A DNA stretch of 63,680 nt, filler included, from Choristocarpus tenellus KU-1152 (GCA_964200185.2; 9 parts of 9 records of this genome joined end to end with filler, not necessarily neighbours in it), one strand, 5' to 3'. Positions 39,389 through 54,323 are shown, counted from the first letter of the whole stretch. Program-made: numbers and translations. The notes: generated by a model not told the origin, from the sequence alone.

Positions 39389-41028
39389 AACTAGATATGG
39401 TGCATGCTCTATGCAGCTACCCTCTCAAGGTATTTCCAGAAATCTATGGATCGATTGATGTTTACACTTTGGTTCGTTAAAAAATGTTTTGAGATTAAAG
39501 TTGATACTATATTGATTACTGAGTATTTCAATAAGAGAATCAGTCTCACCAACACCTTCTGTTTATAATAGTGTCGCTGTGAGCACCTGTGGCAGACACA
39601 TTTCTATAATACCTAGTGGGAAACAATCGGCCTACCCAAGTCCATTTCTGCCTGACCCACATTCAACAAACGGACGAGAGAGTTTAAATGAAGAAAATCA
39701 AAACTAAAAGAGGAACAAGATTAGCTCCTCTGTTCAACTTAACACTCAGGAAAATCCTCCAGTCTACCCCCCTGTTCCATAAGCTGAACCCTTAAAGATT
39801 GGTCAATTAGTCAGAGTAGGTAACAAAATGAACACACTTTTACTAGCAAACCAAAGGACAGCACTAAAATGCTCAATATGCGTCAGGAGTGGAAGAAGGT
39901 GAGCAGCGGGTGAACGAAAGAAAAGTGCACGGTTGTGAAATCTTTGTCATATTTCTTTCAACTCCTTTGATTACTAGCACTCAAGTCGCATAAATCCAAA
40001 CCCGCATTACTCCATGAAACATATTATTGGCGTGCTTCAAACAGATATGTAACATCTGAGAGAAATTCTTTCCATGTGCCACAATGGGTGGAAGATAGAA
40101 CGTATTGCTCCCTGATGATCACTTTAGGGTGAGTTGTGCCTTCTTCAATCATGGAGAACGTGAAGTAGAGAAAAACGAGCGTGACCGTGGTGGCTTCAGT
40201 GATGAGTTTGGATTGGTTCAAGAAAGGGTAGCATCAAACACAACATTCCTTTGAAAGCCTTCCAAGCTTGGAGGGACGGTTCTACTTGAAGTGATATGAC
40301 GGAGAGGGTGAATATGATATCTAACCTAAATTCGCTTCACTTGCCTGTTCGCAAGGAGCTGTACACTGTCATCGTGGAACTGGACAGTGTGAAATAACAT
40401 AGTGTCATCCTGACGTTTTTTGTGCTGTTACAACATAGGTTATGTGTACGTTCATATTTAGTTCGGTACATTACAAAGTAGTAACGTACATGAAAATATA
40501 ATAAGTTGACATTCATTCACATATCAGTGATGATGGATGACTGGAAGGCAATTTATGATTCAGTGTATGTTTTACCATGTAACTCGACTTCTAGCTTTCG
40601 GTGACGAGTTTGTCATGCGCCAAATTTCTCATCAGTGTTATCCTTACGTTGTCTGTGCCGGTACAAGTATATAAAATAGGTTTCATGTGTTCAATTAGAC
40701 TCTTCCAACTCTATCAGACAGTTACGGTAAAATGTGTATAGAGTAATGGAACAATCAGTTGGTGGTTGAGTTATCAGAACCTTTTACTAGAGATTAGTTG
40801 TATGAGAATTTTTCTCATATAAAAGGAAATATTTCTGATTTTTATGGGGTATTGCATGCCCCACCTAACTTTAATCACTCTGCAGACACCAAGCAATGTC
40901 GCTGGGTTTATCACCTTTATCCTCTTTGACGATTTTGGGGATACTTCAACACAATATATTGAACCTTAGGTTTCTAACACATCATTTCATCATGACATAC
41001 GTCTACACGAGGAGATGCAATTCAAGAA

Positions 41029-41534
41029 TTGCGGGAACCTGTTCCTTCCGAGGGCCAATCTGTCAAAACATTCAGACATCTTATGGCGACGGTAGCGGAG
41101 TTGTGTCAAGAAACGTTGGCAATCTCATGGTTCAAGTCTGATAGAGTCGGCGATGGAAATCATCCCATCGTCCAGGCCGCTGTGCCCAACACACGGCCTC
41201 TGGCTGGTGGCGTACCAGTCGAAGTGGGTCCTATGGAACCCATGATGAGGAAAAATTTTCCGGAGAGGGGAAATAGTTTGGATGCTGCGAGCAACAGAAG
41301 TGAGGCGAGCCGGGTGTCTGGTTTGTCGGAGAGGTTGGGGTCAGGCACACATATTGTTCGCCCCACAAAAAAGAGATCAAGGACCCAACCACCAAAACTA
41401 TTGGACGACTAGGACTACCGGGACTGGCGGAGGCGTTTCATCGTGCATTGCAGATATACTCACTGTTTGGATGCGTTGACAAGTGAAAGACCAGTCAATC
41501 AAGAACGCTCCTACGAGGAACTTCTCTCGGACGG
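41029..41534 (+). mobile_element. Probable Copia-type LTR retrotransposon gag N-terminus (pseudogene, truncated by contig end)
   Basis: Read-through of TAG at 41410-41412 gives QPPKLLDD*DYRDWRRRFIVHCRYTHCLDALT, similar to the PxLxxxxYxxWxxxF...L start of Copia gag. LTR and PBS not identified. Confidence 0.5.
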
Positions 41535-41634
41535 NNNNNNNNNNNNNNNNNNNNNNNNNNNNNNNNNNNNNNNNNNNNTTAATTAATTAANNNNNNNNNN
41601 NNNNNNNNNNNNNNNNNNNNNNNNNNNNNNNNNN
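41535..41634. other. Artificial contig linker
   Basis: N-TTAATTAATTAA-N, 100 bp. Confidence 0.98.
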
Positions 41635-41684
41635 GTTTTATAGTGTTCTTATGTTTGGATATTTTATTTCTTTAGGGCTAATAA

Positions 41685-42000
41685 CGACATGTATATATAT
41701 TTTCCATTAGTTTCCCCACTGACACATCTGCAAAATGTCAGAGGGCATAATAATAAAATACTATATGATGGGGTCATAGATAAGACCTTTTCAATAATGT
41801 ACCCTCCACACATGGGTAAAGGTAGATTGGAGACACAGGAAAGCAGTGGTACAACATCGTAATGAAGTAGCAAACAAAATAGATTAGTGTCTTTCACATT
41901 TATGACATTATATTTCTTTAGGAATTTTACTGACGTGTATAGTTTTCATTGGTTTCCCCCTGACATGTAGAAAATGTCAGAGGGCATAATAATATAATAT
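41685..42000 (+). repeat. AT-rich tandem repeat, period ~240 bp, homologous to 12125-12262
   Basis: AAATGTCAGAGGGCATAATAAT recurs at ~41733 and ~41972. Confidence 0.75.
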
Positions 42001-42304
42001 AAATAATGTATTTAATTTCCGCAAAGACGCCAAAGATATAGTATCACAACTTCCAACGTAAAACTAACAACAGTATGATATACGTTTTGTGAACGTGAGA
42101 GATATCTAACATAAATTTACTATTTCAAGATCACCTTTGGTGTTTTGTCTTTTCCTCGATGTCTCCAAAATCATTGTAAGCAAAATAAACCATAGGTACG
42201 CCACCAGTGGCAATTTTGTTGAAATCCTGTAATGGTCTTCAAACGATGAAGTGGAGAAAACCTTTTTCATTCCAACAACTGAAGGTATTTGGAATCTTCA
42301 GCAC

Positions 42305-42435
42305 CATTTACTTTCATTCCAAGTAAGGTCCCAACTCTTTTAGTTATAGTTACATATTTATATTAAGACTTCAAACTATTAACTCCATGTTATTCATACT
42401 TCTTCCAACGAATTTCGTATTCAAAAGGCACCATC
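42305..42435 (-). pseudogene. Chromodomain relic
   Basis: PFEYEIRWKKYE ... WDLTWNES matches the YxxxWxxY...TW pattern; interrupted by an AT-rich stretch. Confidence 0.4.
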
Positions 42436-42740
42436 AAAACTGAAAGAAAAAAATCTGTTAAATTCCTACCTCTTCTACACAAAAATCATTCACTATTAGT
42501 AGTGTCAAATTAAATCATATTCTTTCAAATTCAAGCACAATTATTGAATATTTGTCGTCAGAAAAAATCCTATTGTTCTCTGAACATTTCCCCACATCAA
42601 TATAACACAACCTCAAAACCATACATATATATATATGCAATTAGCAACAAAAACGAACACGAATTTATCTGAAATGCTGTATCCTCCAACTTTGGTGTTC
42701 CCAACATATTTTCTTTACAAGGTGTATTGTCTTGTGCATC

Positions 42741-42822
42741 TACTATTTAATGCTTGGAATCGAAAACATACGAAACATTTACTATTTAATACTTGGGATG
42801 GAATACATACGAAACATTTACT
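42741..42822. repeat. 39-bp tandem duplication
   Basis: TACTATTTAATRCTTGG...ACATACGAAACATT occurs twice. Confidence 0.8.
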
Positions 42823-43889
42823 TGTTCGTTATACTCCCAATCACAACATCCTGAAGATGTTGGGCGAAGTGAAACATGAATAGTTGGAAGAAAGGAGACG
42901 GGCAAAAATAAATATATTATACTCATAATCTGTACTACAAAAAAACTAAGTAGTTTTAATTTATTTTTTAGTATTTTATTTGGTGAATGTCAACAGTTGG
43001 TGTAAATCTCGTAACACACCCCTATATCTTCAAACTGAAGGAATCCAACTTCATTAACAAAGGTTCGAATAAGTCTCTGTCAAGATTCGAAAATCGCTGA
43101 TACTTATAGTACTACCAGTACTATATATCGACCATGGCTGAAAACCCTGACTTAACCCATGGTAAGAAGTAAATGCACGCAGTAGAGTTATAGAGACCAG
43201 TCCCTCCTATTCTTCCCCCCCCACCCATCCATCCCTCCATGTCCCCTGGGAACCAAAGAGGGTCATGTATGTAGTGATGGGTCTCAAATATGAACATCAC
43301 TCGTAAAAATATAATATATCAAAGAGGTTTTTGGTATGTATATCAAAAAAGGTATAAATTTCTTGATATTGAATTTTAAGTATCAAAATATGATACCAAA
43401 ATACTGATATTTGATATTTTGATATATTGGTTTGATATTGGGAGTAAAAAAACGAAATTTCACACCTTCTCGTCTCCCTTCGCTGCGAGAGTTGTATACT
43501 TTTTCATGCACTGCAGTGGTTAACCTTCTGTCACTTGTGCTGGAAATATAAGAGGTGGACCATCTGTGACGAAAAACATATATTATCGTTGTATTGTTTT
43601 AGAGTATGTATAAATAATTATGCTCAAGTTGGGTCACTCAGCTGGGGCCTACAGTCAGCAGTGTCTGGGGTGACATGTACAAGGCGAATGGAAGGTAACA
43701 AAGAGAAAAAATACACTATATACCACTGTTCTACGTAAGACTATCAATGTAAGGATCTCCAGCTAGAAGAGGTGGCAAGACCATTGCACAAGGTGTTGCA
43801 TTTGTCTCCACCGTCAGTATCAATCCCGCACTTGGGCACCAAACCATCCTCACAAGAGTGCAGCACCACAGTATCCTAAACCACAATCC

Positions 43890-46800
43890 CCCAGAGAGAT
43901 GATTGTACTTGGAGGTGACTGTGTTGCCAACAGAGAACAAGTGCTCAGACGCAGCTGAGGTGGGTTGTGTGCAGGCAAATACTTCTGTGCCACAACTTAT
44001 TCAAGACTCCAAAAACCTCCTCCTTCGCCTCCCACCATTTGAGTGGCCACCCAACTCCTACACAATGCTGGTTGCGTATCATGGTACACCTCCAGCTGGT
44101 TTCCAAATGTGCCCTCTAGTGGGCATTTTCCCCATCTCAATTTCTAAAGGAGGACACCCAATCACTCAGGTGCTGTGTGTGACATATTGGTCACCTTCTT
44201 GACCAGGTTAGTCATGCTGAACTGCTGGGTGCCGTCATCATCATCAGAGGTCTCTCCCTCATAGAGGTCTCATTTCTCCTCAAGACATTTAGCCCTCACT
44301 TTGAAATGTCTGCTGACACCTGCCTATGACAGAAGTTTGAAGCTGATGGATTTCCTTCGGTGTTGGGGGCAAATTTCACCACCAATACCTCCACCTCACC
44401 ACCAACTTCTATTTTGATGTCATTCTCTTCTTTGTCGTTGTTGACTTTGCTTGTGTAGTCTATTACCTTCAAAACATTGGCTGAAAAAAACATACCTAGG
44501 GAATTAATTATGTGCAGACCTCCACTAGGTGGGACTATTGGTAAGCACTTATCCCCCAGTAGTAGGAATTTTTAGAACTAGAGCTCTTCTCTAATGACAA
44601 TGTGTAAATCACAACCTATTTATTATTAGTTGGTCGACCTAGGCAATGTATGAGGCATAATACTTCAATATCATCTTGTTATGGACACTCAGTAGTACAA
44701 TCGTGGCATGTTTACAAAAATCGATCTTTCTTATCAAGGGGGAGAGAAAGAAGAACAGCATACATGAGAACTCAACAAGATAAGAGCAGAATAGGAGTAT
44801 AGCTTTCAACAAAGGCCATCATATGACACAATCATTGATTTTTTTCTATATAATTGTATTCTCCTAAACATGTATGTGTATCCAAATTAAAATGAAAAAA
44901 ACTACTACTACTGCAGTGTGTATTGAAGCATCATGGTGGACGGACGATTAGTTCCTACCACAAAATAAATACGTAGTAACTTATGATCACCGTTCGATTT
45001 TTGCTGAAGCAGCAGTGTTGGACAAGGTGGAATTCTGTACATCCTGTAGTCAGACATATTGTCTCCAGTCAAGACCATCGCATGCAATTCTACTTGTATG
45101 AAAAATAAGGAATTGTACTTTATTCATTATTCCTCCTCGCTGTCAAACTGCAATAACATCAACAGATAGCAATCATGATGAGAAAAATACAACACCCTGA
45201 ATGAGCAACCATTATCAATTATCCAAGCAGCGGTAAATAGTAACATTAGGAGATATACACCCTTTTATCCACCTTGCTTTGCGCAGCAGGGATTGTCTCC
45301 TCCACTATCACACCTCGGACAATATGTCACTTTCTGCTAGTGCTGCCCCAGAGCTTTTGACCATATCATTAATCCTGTTATAACAGACGCTATCCATTAG
45401 AATGCTAGGGTAGGTTTGCTCCATAATGCCCACTGTCCTGAAAACGACGTAGTCTATTTGATATATAACCTATCTTGTCTAGCACAACAAGGCTTGTTCT
45501 AACATCTATTGTGAGGGCAACAATTGCTATCCTTTGCTCATCTTACGTTGTCCAGAACAAACTTTGACACCTTTTGCTCTACAACAGTCATTATCCAGGA
45601 TAGATCTCATGTTCTTTCCCTCCAATATATCCATCTGTCCTATAATATTTGTCCAGGACAATGTTTTGGGTCATTTGCTACTCTACAACATTAGTTTTCC
45701 GGGAAAAGCGCACTAAAGCATTATGTTGTGTTACGTGAATGTTACATAGTCCGAGATTATATTTCCACCACCACAACAAAAATCCAATCTATGACCCAAT
45801 CAATGCAGATTACTCTGATGCCCATATTGATATTGAAACCAGTAACATGCCACTTCTACCGTCAAACATGGTCCGAGAATCCAATTTTCTAAAAACAGGT
45901 TGAACCTACATGTGTATACATCATCACCACAGCAAACTATTCTGGAGGGGTGCTGACAAGCACAAGCAAAAAAAGATTGCAGTGCCCAACACCTACCTCA
46001 TCGTAATGAGAATAGCAACTGAACAACTTCCATTTATGTTCTCGAAAAATGTACCACCATTAGGGAGTAATAGCAACCTCAATGATGATGGGAGCAAGGT
46101 GTGGTTGGGTTCAGGAATCCAAAGATTCTTGCCTATTTACGATAGCTTCACGAAATATATCAAAACATTGTTTTTGAAATTTCATTTCTGAAATAATATC
46201 TGAATATGTAAAATCAGACTTGAGTGGATTCATTAAAATAATTAAAATTTCTTTTAGGTTACTACCATATTTAACACAATTTTGCCTTAAATGGTCTAGA
46301 AAGTGCAAATAATGGGCTTCAGAGCAAAATTATTGGAAGGAGGATATGATCATACAGAAGCTGGGCGATGGATGAGGGGGGTGGCAAGTTGTGGATACCA
46401 AATATAGCTAGCACTGTTTAGTGCTACGAGTCAACAAGAGAGACATGATGGAGGAAGTCGACCCTAGCATTATGAAGTTGTAGCAGCCAAGGCAGGAAGC
46501 GGGCCTTCAACAGTATAGCCCTTACATTAGAAAGTAAATGGTTACTTGCATTATGTCTACCTGGGCCTGCCTCTATTCGAAGGAACACCGATTTGTTGTA
46601 AATGATGAAGTGTAAGCCAAAAAGACAAAATAAAACAGAAAATATAGTTCTGGCAGAGTGTCCTTTGGCCAGAAGGGATTACAGTATGAGCAACAGGCAA
46701 ACTGAAAATATTCACATCGTATATAACTAGGTATAGCGGGTGGTAGGGGGGCTGAGAGTTTTAGCAGCAAGAGAGTAGTGAAGGCACACCAGGGACAGAT

Positions 46801-49060
46801 TGTGTCTGTCACAGTACAATCGGCAATTTCAAGGCGTGTGTAGCATTTCAAGCTAGAGACACTGCAATGGGCAAGAAGGTGCCTTTGTTGTAAGCAATAC
46901 AGACTCTGTTATTGTCGTGTTTGCTGTATTCTCCAAATTATATTTTCCTTCTTGTCCCCTAAACAAAACAGACATAGAACATCAGTGGGGGATAATGAAA
47001 ACAATAATTGATAACGTACCATTTTATGCCCACAGAGGGATGTTCTCATGATGGGGGAAGAAGCAGGGTACTACATACATAGAAGTGGAAGAGTCAGTGG
47101 AATGAATGTGAAAGGAACCGATGACAGTATGAAGTAATGTAAATATATTGTCAGTGATATAAGTGTATATAGCTGGTTGTATACGTTACAATATCATACT
47201 CGTCCACCCATCCCTCGTTACGTCATTGGCAGGAATCTCCTCTCCTTAAAACCATCACACCTTAAGACTGCATCGTAGTAGTACATATACTACCAAGACA
47301 AGTATGGGATACTGTAAGATGACGTTGTGCACCAAGAAAGCTATGATCATGTACAATTGTAAAAAAATCTACAGCAAGGAACAGTGCTAGCCACAAAATA
47401 TGGTAATGAATCCTCCCATACACTACGACTGTGTACTGGCGAGTCAACCTCTTTGGTCTATCTGCTTTCCTGCCTCAACGACAATTTCTTGCTGACTTTT
47501 GACTGCTTACTTGGAATGATATTTCCTGCTGTCTCCATGTTGGAAGTCAAGCAATGATTGGAGCACAACCAAGCAAAGATTTCCTGGCTTGAGCAATTCC
47601 TATGATGGATGGGTTGTTACCAAATTCTTTTCGTCTAGGGGGCGTTGTGATCTTGGCTTGATCACTAGTGCCATCGTTGCCGTTTCAATTTGGGCACATG
47701 GTCGTGCCTGAAGAGGGCAGTGTTGTGGAGTAACATAGGTCGCTGCAGTTTGCAGAGCTGTTCTTTGCCTACTACAGAGTGCATTTTTGATGATACAATT
47801 CGCTTTTCACAGCTTTCTTACAGGATCAAGCAAACGACCCAAGTATATTTTAAGGTTTTCTACTAAGTTCCCATGAACCAAAGGATTACCCGACATAAAG
47901 ATTGTCTAGGTATGTTCTGTATGTTTACGTGTGGTGTATACTATATTGGAATGAAGAGTAGAAACTTCGTTGTCAACCACCATTTTAATTTTATACAGTT
48001 GGAAATAAAGCGTAAAAAACGAGATTGAGTGACTCTTTATCAATCCCTTTCCTGTGTCACTGTCATTGTGTTCACTTTCTAAACCTAGGTTTCAATACTA
48101 AACTAGCCCACCAACATGGCCATGCTAAAGGTTCATAAAGTTCACATTGGTACTATCAGTTGTGTGTTTCTCATAAATGGAATACAAATTTACTGTCCAA
48201 CCACAAAAGTAATCGTAGAATATTTCTATTGCTACTGTACTACTACCACCACTGTTCTTGTAGAGTACAACAGGAATGTGGTCTAGAATGAAGGAGAAAA
48301 TTCCAGGAAATGTCAGCTAGACTGCATTGCCAGGTGACCAGGGCCCTCAACATGATAACAGAACTGTACAGTCACTCATCTCATCCCTGATAGACACAAT
48401 TTATGGAATTAGTACTTTTATGGTCCAATTCATTTCAGCCCTCCACAACATGCTGACCAGTTACTGAATGTTCATGTACCTACCTTATCCTAGAATTGCT
48501 CTCTGACTTACTGCAATACAAGTCTCCCAAGCCTCTTCACCTTGAAGATGCTGACGACATTCATCTAAGTGCCAAAACAACCCCCACAGCTTCTTTGGCT
48601 CCAAGGCTGTTGTAGTAGCAGCAACATCACTCACATTATGAGGATAATCATGACAACCTAGGGACCTACTTCAACAAAGGAACAAAAGGACAAGTCTCTT
48701 TTCGCCTTCGGAGGGCACAGCCATCACCTTTGGGAGCACCCTTTCCAGGAAGGGTTACATCATTTTACGACGCCATACACTTCCCAGCATGTATGGAAAT
48801 CCAATTCCTTCCATATGGAGCCCAATTGAAACTCTACAGTTGCTAGGAGTGCATTGGGGGTACCTGTCCTCCAGACCAAAGGGAAGTGCACTAAAGTCAA
48901 GTTGCGGCGTTCTCTGTGCTACGCTCATCAGCTAGGCATGTATTCGTCAACAATTGTGTCGCAGAATACCAAACCAAGGTGGGACGTGGCATGTAGGCTC
49001 CCAGGGCTCACATATTAATGCCCCATCCATTGGTCCCCTGTCATGACGAACTCCCCAACG
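43890..49060 (-). mobile_element. Degenerate hAT-family transposase relic
   Basis: Motifs in the expected order on the minus strand: MTGDQW (first catalytic D, ~49030), HNVSDVAA...GCF..MN (second D/CxxH region, ~48560-48640), and dimerisation domain PLKWWEAKEEVFGVLNKL/AQKYL/PTSAASEHLFSVGNTVTSKYNHLS (43893-44048). Intervening DNA may include other insertions. Confidence 0.6.
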
Positions 49061-51363
49061 GTAAGGAAAAGCTCACATAACAGCTCCCATCTTTTGTCCT
49101 GGGTTAGGAGGGTGGCCGGCTGAGTGTGGAAGGTACCAAATGACTCTTTCTTCCATAGCAAGTAACAACTTCTTCGTAACTCCAAATGTTACAAAATAGT
49201 ATCATGTACACCTATAGTGAGGTGAAACAGGGTCAGCACATGAGAGGCATTTCCACACAATGCACACAGGTTTGTCTGATGATGGTAAAAATGATACAAA
49301 AACGAAGATAAGGGTCTGCTGTCCTTACTCCTGAGCATGCTACAGCTGGAAGACATTCTTCTACAGCAATCTGTTGTACTCCAGAGTACATGCCTTGCTG
49401 TGACCCCTTGACACCTTCCTCAGAGAGTATGGCAACAAGAGCCCCCCAATACACATGATGACATCAACTGAACACAAATGGCGACAAGCTTACCCACCCC
49501 CATGCTAAGAGGGAATTTAGCCTGAAGTCAGTGGTAACATTTTAGTAGATTGTGTCAGTTTGACACCCCTTTCAAATTCTTGTCGCATTTTCCAACCTTT
49601 CCAATTCCCTTATCTGCTCCAGAGACGACAGTAATATTTTGTCTACTCGTTCTATGACAGAACTGATGAGTCCTAAGATAAGCATTGGCACAATTATACC
49701 CGAGCACACTGAGAGAAACCTACTATTGATGGACCAAGTCATATGTATAGTAACATCTCACCATAGGTCTTTGGCTATGGTCCATGAGCCCAAATCCTCC
49801 ACCATACTCACTTCTACAAAGAGGCGTCTGATGATTGGAGTGCCCAGGGTTATAACGGTTTAATTGTGAAGCAAAAATTGATGCCCATGCTGGTGACAAG
49901 ATCCACCGCATTTAACACCAGAGTTGGATCGTGGCCACATTTGAATAACTTTCACGGACATAAACAGTTTTGCAAGCCTAGGTGCGCCTATCGACACAGA
50001 CTCCTTCACTTAAGTAGACACGGTAGCATGTTTGAGAATTCCGAGGTTACATGGACTGGGGGCGGGGACTCATCAATGTTGGTGAGGTTGTGGTATGACT
50101 TGTAAATCGTGCGTTGTGCTTCGAAGTGGATGATGAGGGTGTGGGGGGACCAAGTTTGGGATTTGTGAGGGGGTTGAGGGTGGGTGGAGTTCGGTCAATT
50201 TTGTTGGAGTAGGTCAAAGATGGTTGGGACGTTAATCGAGGACGTGTGAGGTTCAGGTCTGCTGGAGTGAGGGCAAGCAACTGCGGGAGGGGTCTATTTG
50301 CAATTACTTAACACATCATAGAGGGGATTCCAACACAAGTCTTAGGGAAGGAAGAAATCTAGATGGCACCTGTGGTAGTGGGGAACGGAAAGTGAGTGAT
50401 GGGCTTAGATAACCCTGGATGGGAAGGAGTGGAAAGGTTGGGACAGCAAAACGAACAGCAAAGGACTGGGCGTGCATAAAGTCTAATGGCGCTTAGGGCG
50501 GACGGGGAAGGTCACATGGGTGAGGGTTAGAGGAGGTATGCCTAGGTGCGGAAACAATATGCCTTTTGACCACGAAAAATGAACTCATAGAAAATGAGGC
50601 GCATTTCTTCAGAAGGAGGTGGCGGTGGCAGGTGGATTGGTACAGGCGAAAGATTGATTGGGGAGGTGATAAGGGAAGTTGGCGTGGGTTATTGGGCTAT
50701 GGGTGTATTGGGGTCTAAGCTGATTGACTCACTGCTGACACCATTGACCTCTACTGTTCCAACTCCTGCGCTTCCCTCACAACCATGTCACTCCCAACCT
50801 GCCATTGGTCCCAAGTATGCCAGCCCCCTACTCAGTGGAATGATCACGACGGTGTTGCTACCACAGCCTGGTATCCCACTTGGTCTTAAAACTGTGGAAA
50901 CGCGAAAATCATCACGTTTTATGTAGTGATTGTCCCGCCGTCACTGCTTTCACCATACCAAAATAGGTCCCACGCCCCTGCTTCCTTCCAAAAACACACC
51001 TCCTCAATCCTCAATTTTCCCTTCCGATAAAAAGCTACAATCCTAGATTTTATATTTTGAATGTTGAATGTTGATGGAGTGGTTTCCAGAAATTATATTG
51101 TTTTTGATTGATTCCCGATATTTGAATGTCACATGTGATTAGTATTGATCATAGCATGAAGTCTTCCAATAGGGTATGACCAACTTATGTTTCTTGCGTT
51201 CATTGAGGTGGTGAAAACATAACGCAAACTTAAAACACAAACACAAACCACAACGAACGAACCGGTGGCACTAGGTTAAAAGGGTGGTGTGCATTAAGTG
51301 TAGTGGGATCACCTGACCTCTTTATTCCGACTCCCCAAGCTATAACGACGGAGGCATTTTCAG

Positions 51364-52824
51364 GACATTCGTTATCCCGAACCGTGGCCTTGCCCCTTGG
51401 TTGACCGTTTTGGGTCATGACACCACCCTGAGGCTCTGGAAGATGCGTCGCGGTCGAAGTGAGCACAGCATTTGTCAGTTAACTACCCTGCCCCCAGCCC
51501 AACTGGTGCAGGGACATGGGGGGCTGGGCGTGGGTGGAGGCATTCGTCTCGGGTCATCGCCTTCAGATTCCCCACCTCTCATCAGTCCATACGGATTGGG
51601 CAGGCTGGATGTGCCTAGTGCTGATGAGGTCAAGGTCAAGGGCGAGAACGTTAAGATATCGAAAAAAGATAATTCTTCCGCTGGGAACAATCTCCACTTC
51701 TCCCTTCCCCCACCTCCCACGCAGGCACCTTGGGAAGGCAGGACTAGTGGTGTAGAGCGAGGGGTTCAAAATGTCTGTTACGCTTTTGAATCGACCTGGG
51801 AGATAGTTGGTGGAGAAGAGCGGCATCGACCCCCGTCGATAGCACCCGGGGAAGCGACAGTCAAACCCTCTGATGAGGTTCAGTCGATTGCTAGAGGGAG
51901 GAACGGTATAGGAACGGAGCGAAATATGCGAGATATGCGCAGGGGATCTGCTACTGAGCCAATGGCAATGCCCAGCGTGCCCTTAAAGCCGTCATTAGAC
52001 TCACACAGATCCGTAGGAGTTGATCGGATCCAGGGGCAACATCATAAGCGATCCTGGTCACGGAACAGCTTGGAGTCCCCTGTAGGTGTGTTTGTGTATG
52101 TTCGTGTCTGTGTCGGGGAATACCCACAGTTGTTGCACCGACGGTACACCCACAACATAGCCTGAGGTGGTGGTTGTCGGATCCTTATGCAACGGACTAA
52201 ACGAATTACGCCATTACAACAGGTAGAAATGTGCGGTGGAATGCCCAGTGCCTCTCTTTCGTCCTTGTCTGAATCTCAAACCTTACATTCCAGCATCGTC
52301 TGAACCTTGGAAAGATCACACTCATACTGTAGGAGGGATGGAGGCCACAATGTGCTAGACCTGATCTCCCCTCTCCGCAGGCAGGGGACCAAGTTAAGAC
52401 ATGTGGCAAGGTCAATCCGTACCACTCCCACCGACCTCTCATGCTCACACTGCTCTTGTCAGTGTCTACAGTGGGGACTCCATCTACACTCCCACTTGCT
52501 CACCTCCGCCCCTCCCTCTATCCCTGCCCCCTCTCTCTCCTCAAAAAGAATAACATGCATGCCTTCACATACAAACAAAGGCCTGGGTTTGACTCCTTCA
52601 AAGCAACCCTCTCAACCACTATTGATCCCTTGATAGCACCACCTATTGAGAGACCTTTTACCCGTTTTAATGCACTCTTCAACTGCACCCCTGGTTACTT
52701 TGGTTGGGCGGGTTCAGAAAGTCGTGCCTCTTCATTAGATTTGGCAATGCTAAAGGGTCTGGGTAAGGAGTTCAAGCACTTGGACAGGCAGTACAGCAGT
52801 GATGCAGCCTCACCGCCTCCTCAG
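51364..52824 (+). CDS. Probable multi-exon WD40 protein, possibly WDR59/SEA3-like; partial model
   Basis: Exon-like ORFs 51364-~52081 (WLTVLGHDTTLRLWKM, end of a WD repeat) and ~52581-52824 (...LGKEFKHLDRQY..., donor CAG|GTGGGT). Splice phases not fully resolved. Confidence 0.4.
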
Positions 52825-54323
52825 GTGGGTGTAGGGCAAAGTGGAACCTGCTATTTCCGTTTTTTTTCTTCAAATCTTCTGCTGTACCTGTTGTACTCAT
52901 GGTTACTTCTTCATTGTGCAGTGACTTGTGAACTACGATAAGATTCTAGGAGAATGGCTCTGTGCTGATATTGTCATGATTCCTTGTGACATGCTTTCCC
53001 ACTACTGTCTTGGGTTACTCATTGAATTTTTGTCCAGTGTATATGAACTAAACATGAGAAAGAGAGGAAGATCACTGTGATTAATCCCTTGGGGAAATAC
53101 TGTTGTATATTTTTGTTGGAGTTGTTTGTTTTTTGTAGCAATCCCTCGCAAGTGATCTTTTCACAAAAGTAGCAGAAGGCGTGTTTTAGGAAGGTCGAGA
53201 GACTTGGGATTCATTATGTTCTCTTCTAGTCTTTGTGATCCTTTTCTATTTTAAATTGAACATTAAATGTGTTGATTTTAGTGTTGAATGATATTTCCTG
53301 TGCCTATTTTGTTCTCTCATTATTTATTCTGACTCTAAGAACACATATTTCGGTAAGTGTATATTCCTGTAACTTCACTGAGCATCCCACTCCCGATCTA
53401 TGTAGGAGTACATGAACTATACTCTATTGTTCTCGAGGTAGATATCAGCCCTTGAGAATAGTATCCCCTCTGTGTTGTTCATGAGTAGATATGCCTATTG
53501 CCACAGAGTGCTCTGTGGAATTGATGACGTTGTGCTGGAATACTATGGCAGAGTAATTGTGTCATGGATACTAAGAAAAAGTGACTAGGCTTTTATTGTG
53601 TCTATCATCAAAGCAAAACATGGCAGTAATTTTTCTTTACCGGTCTTGACATGTAGTGCTGTCTCCAACTTTTGGGGGGGGGAGTCCATGTTGCGTTCTG
53701 AGATGGAGCGGGCAAACATCCGTCATTGGTCATCAGTAGTAGCTAATCATGGATGTCCTTCTGTCTCTGGTAATTTGTTGTCTCCAATTGGTGCTGTTTT
53801 TGTGCATATGAAGATTTTGAAGCAAGGTTGCTGGTGTGTAAGAAGTATTTCTTTAGTAGCGTTGGGCAAGGTTTGTGAAGTGATTATCAGTCAGTGTACA
53901 TTCATATCGTGCACATAGTACTGTGCACTTATCACCCATCCTACAGAATGTTTTCTGTTGTGTTGACAATGTAAGATACGCCTGTTTTTTGTCTCCTGGA
54001 TGCACTAGTGGTCTTCCGCGTTTTAGGGGGGGTGCTAGAGTAGATGTGAAAAGACTTTCTGGTTCCCTTGCACCTCGAGTGAAGGAATTCTTTTGTTTTT
54101 TTCTGGTTAGGAATGCGTTGGGTTGAAGGAAGGCCTCCCAGTCTCTCTTTCACCTGGTCAATCAAGGCTGCTCGGTGCAGGGGTTAGGGTTACAAAATTC
54201 TACCATGTAGTTTTTTTTTTAAGTAGCGGGATGGAGGCTTATGTAAGTGTGGTATGTGTCCCAGCCCCCTCCCCCCCCTGCCCCCCCCGTATTTATCACT
54301 TGTAGTGGAAAACTAATCATTGA

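Noticed and set aside
39830-39985. piggyBac-like Cys-rich tail (KCSICVRSGRR...GCEI..FDY)
   Set aside because: Too degenerate; no catalytic core or TTAA-flanked TIRs found.
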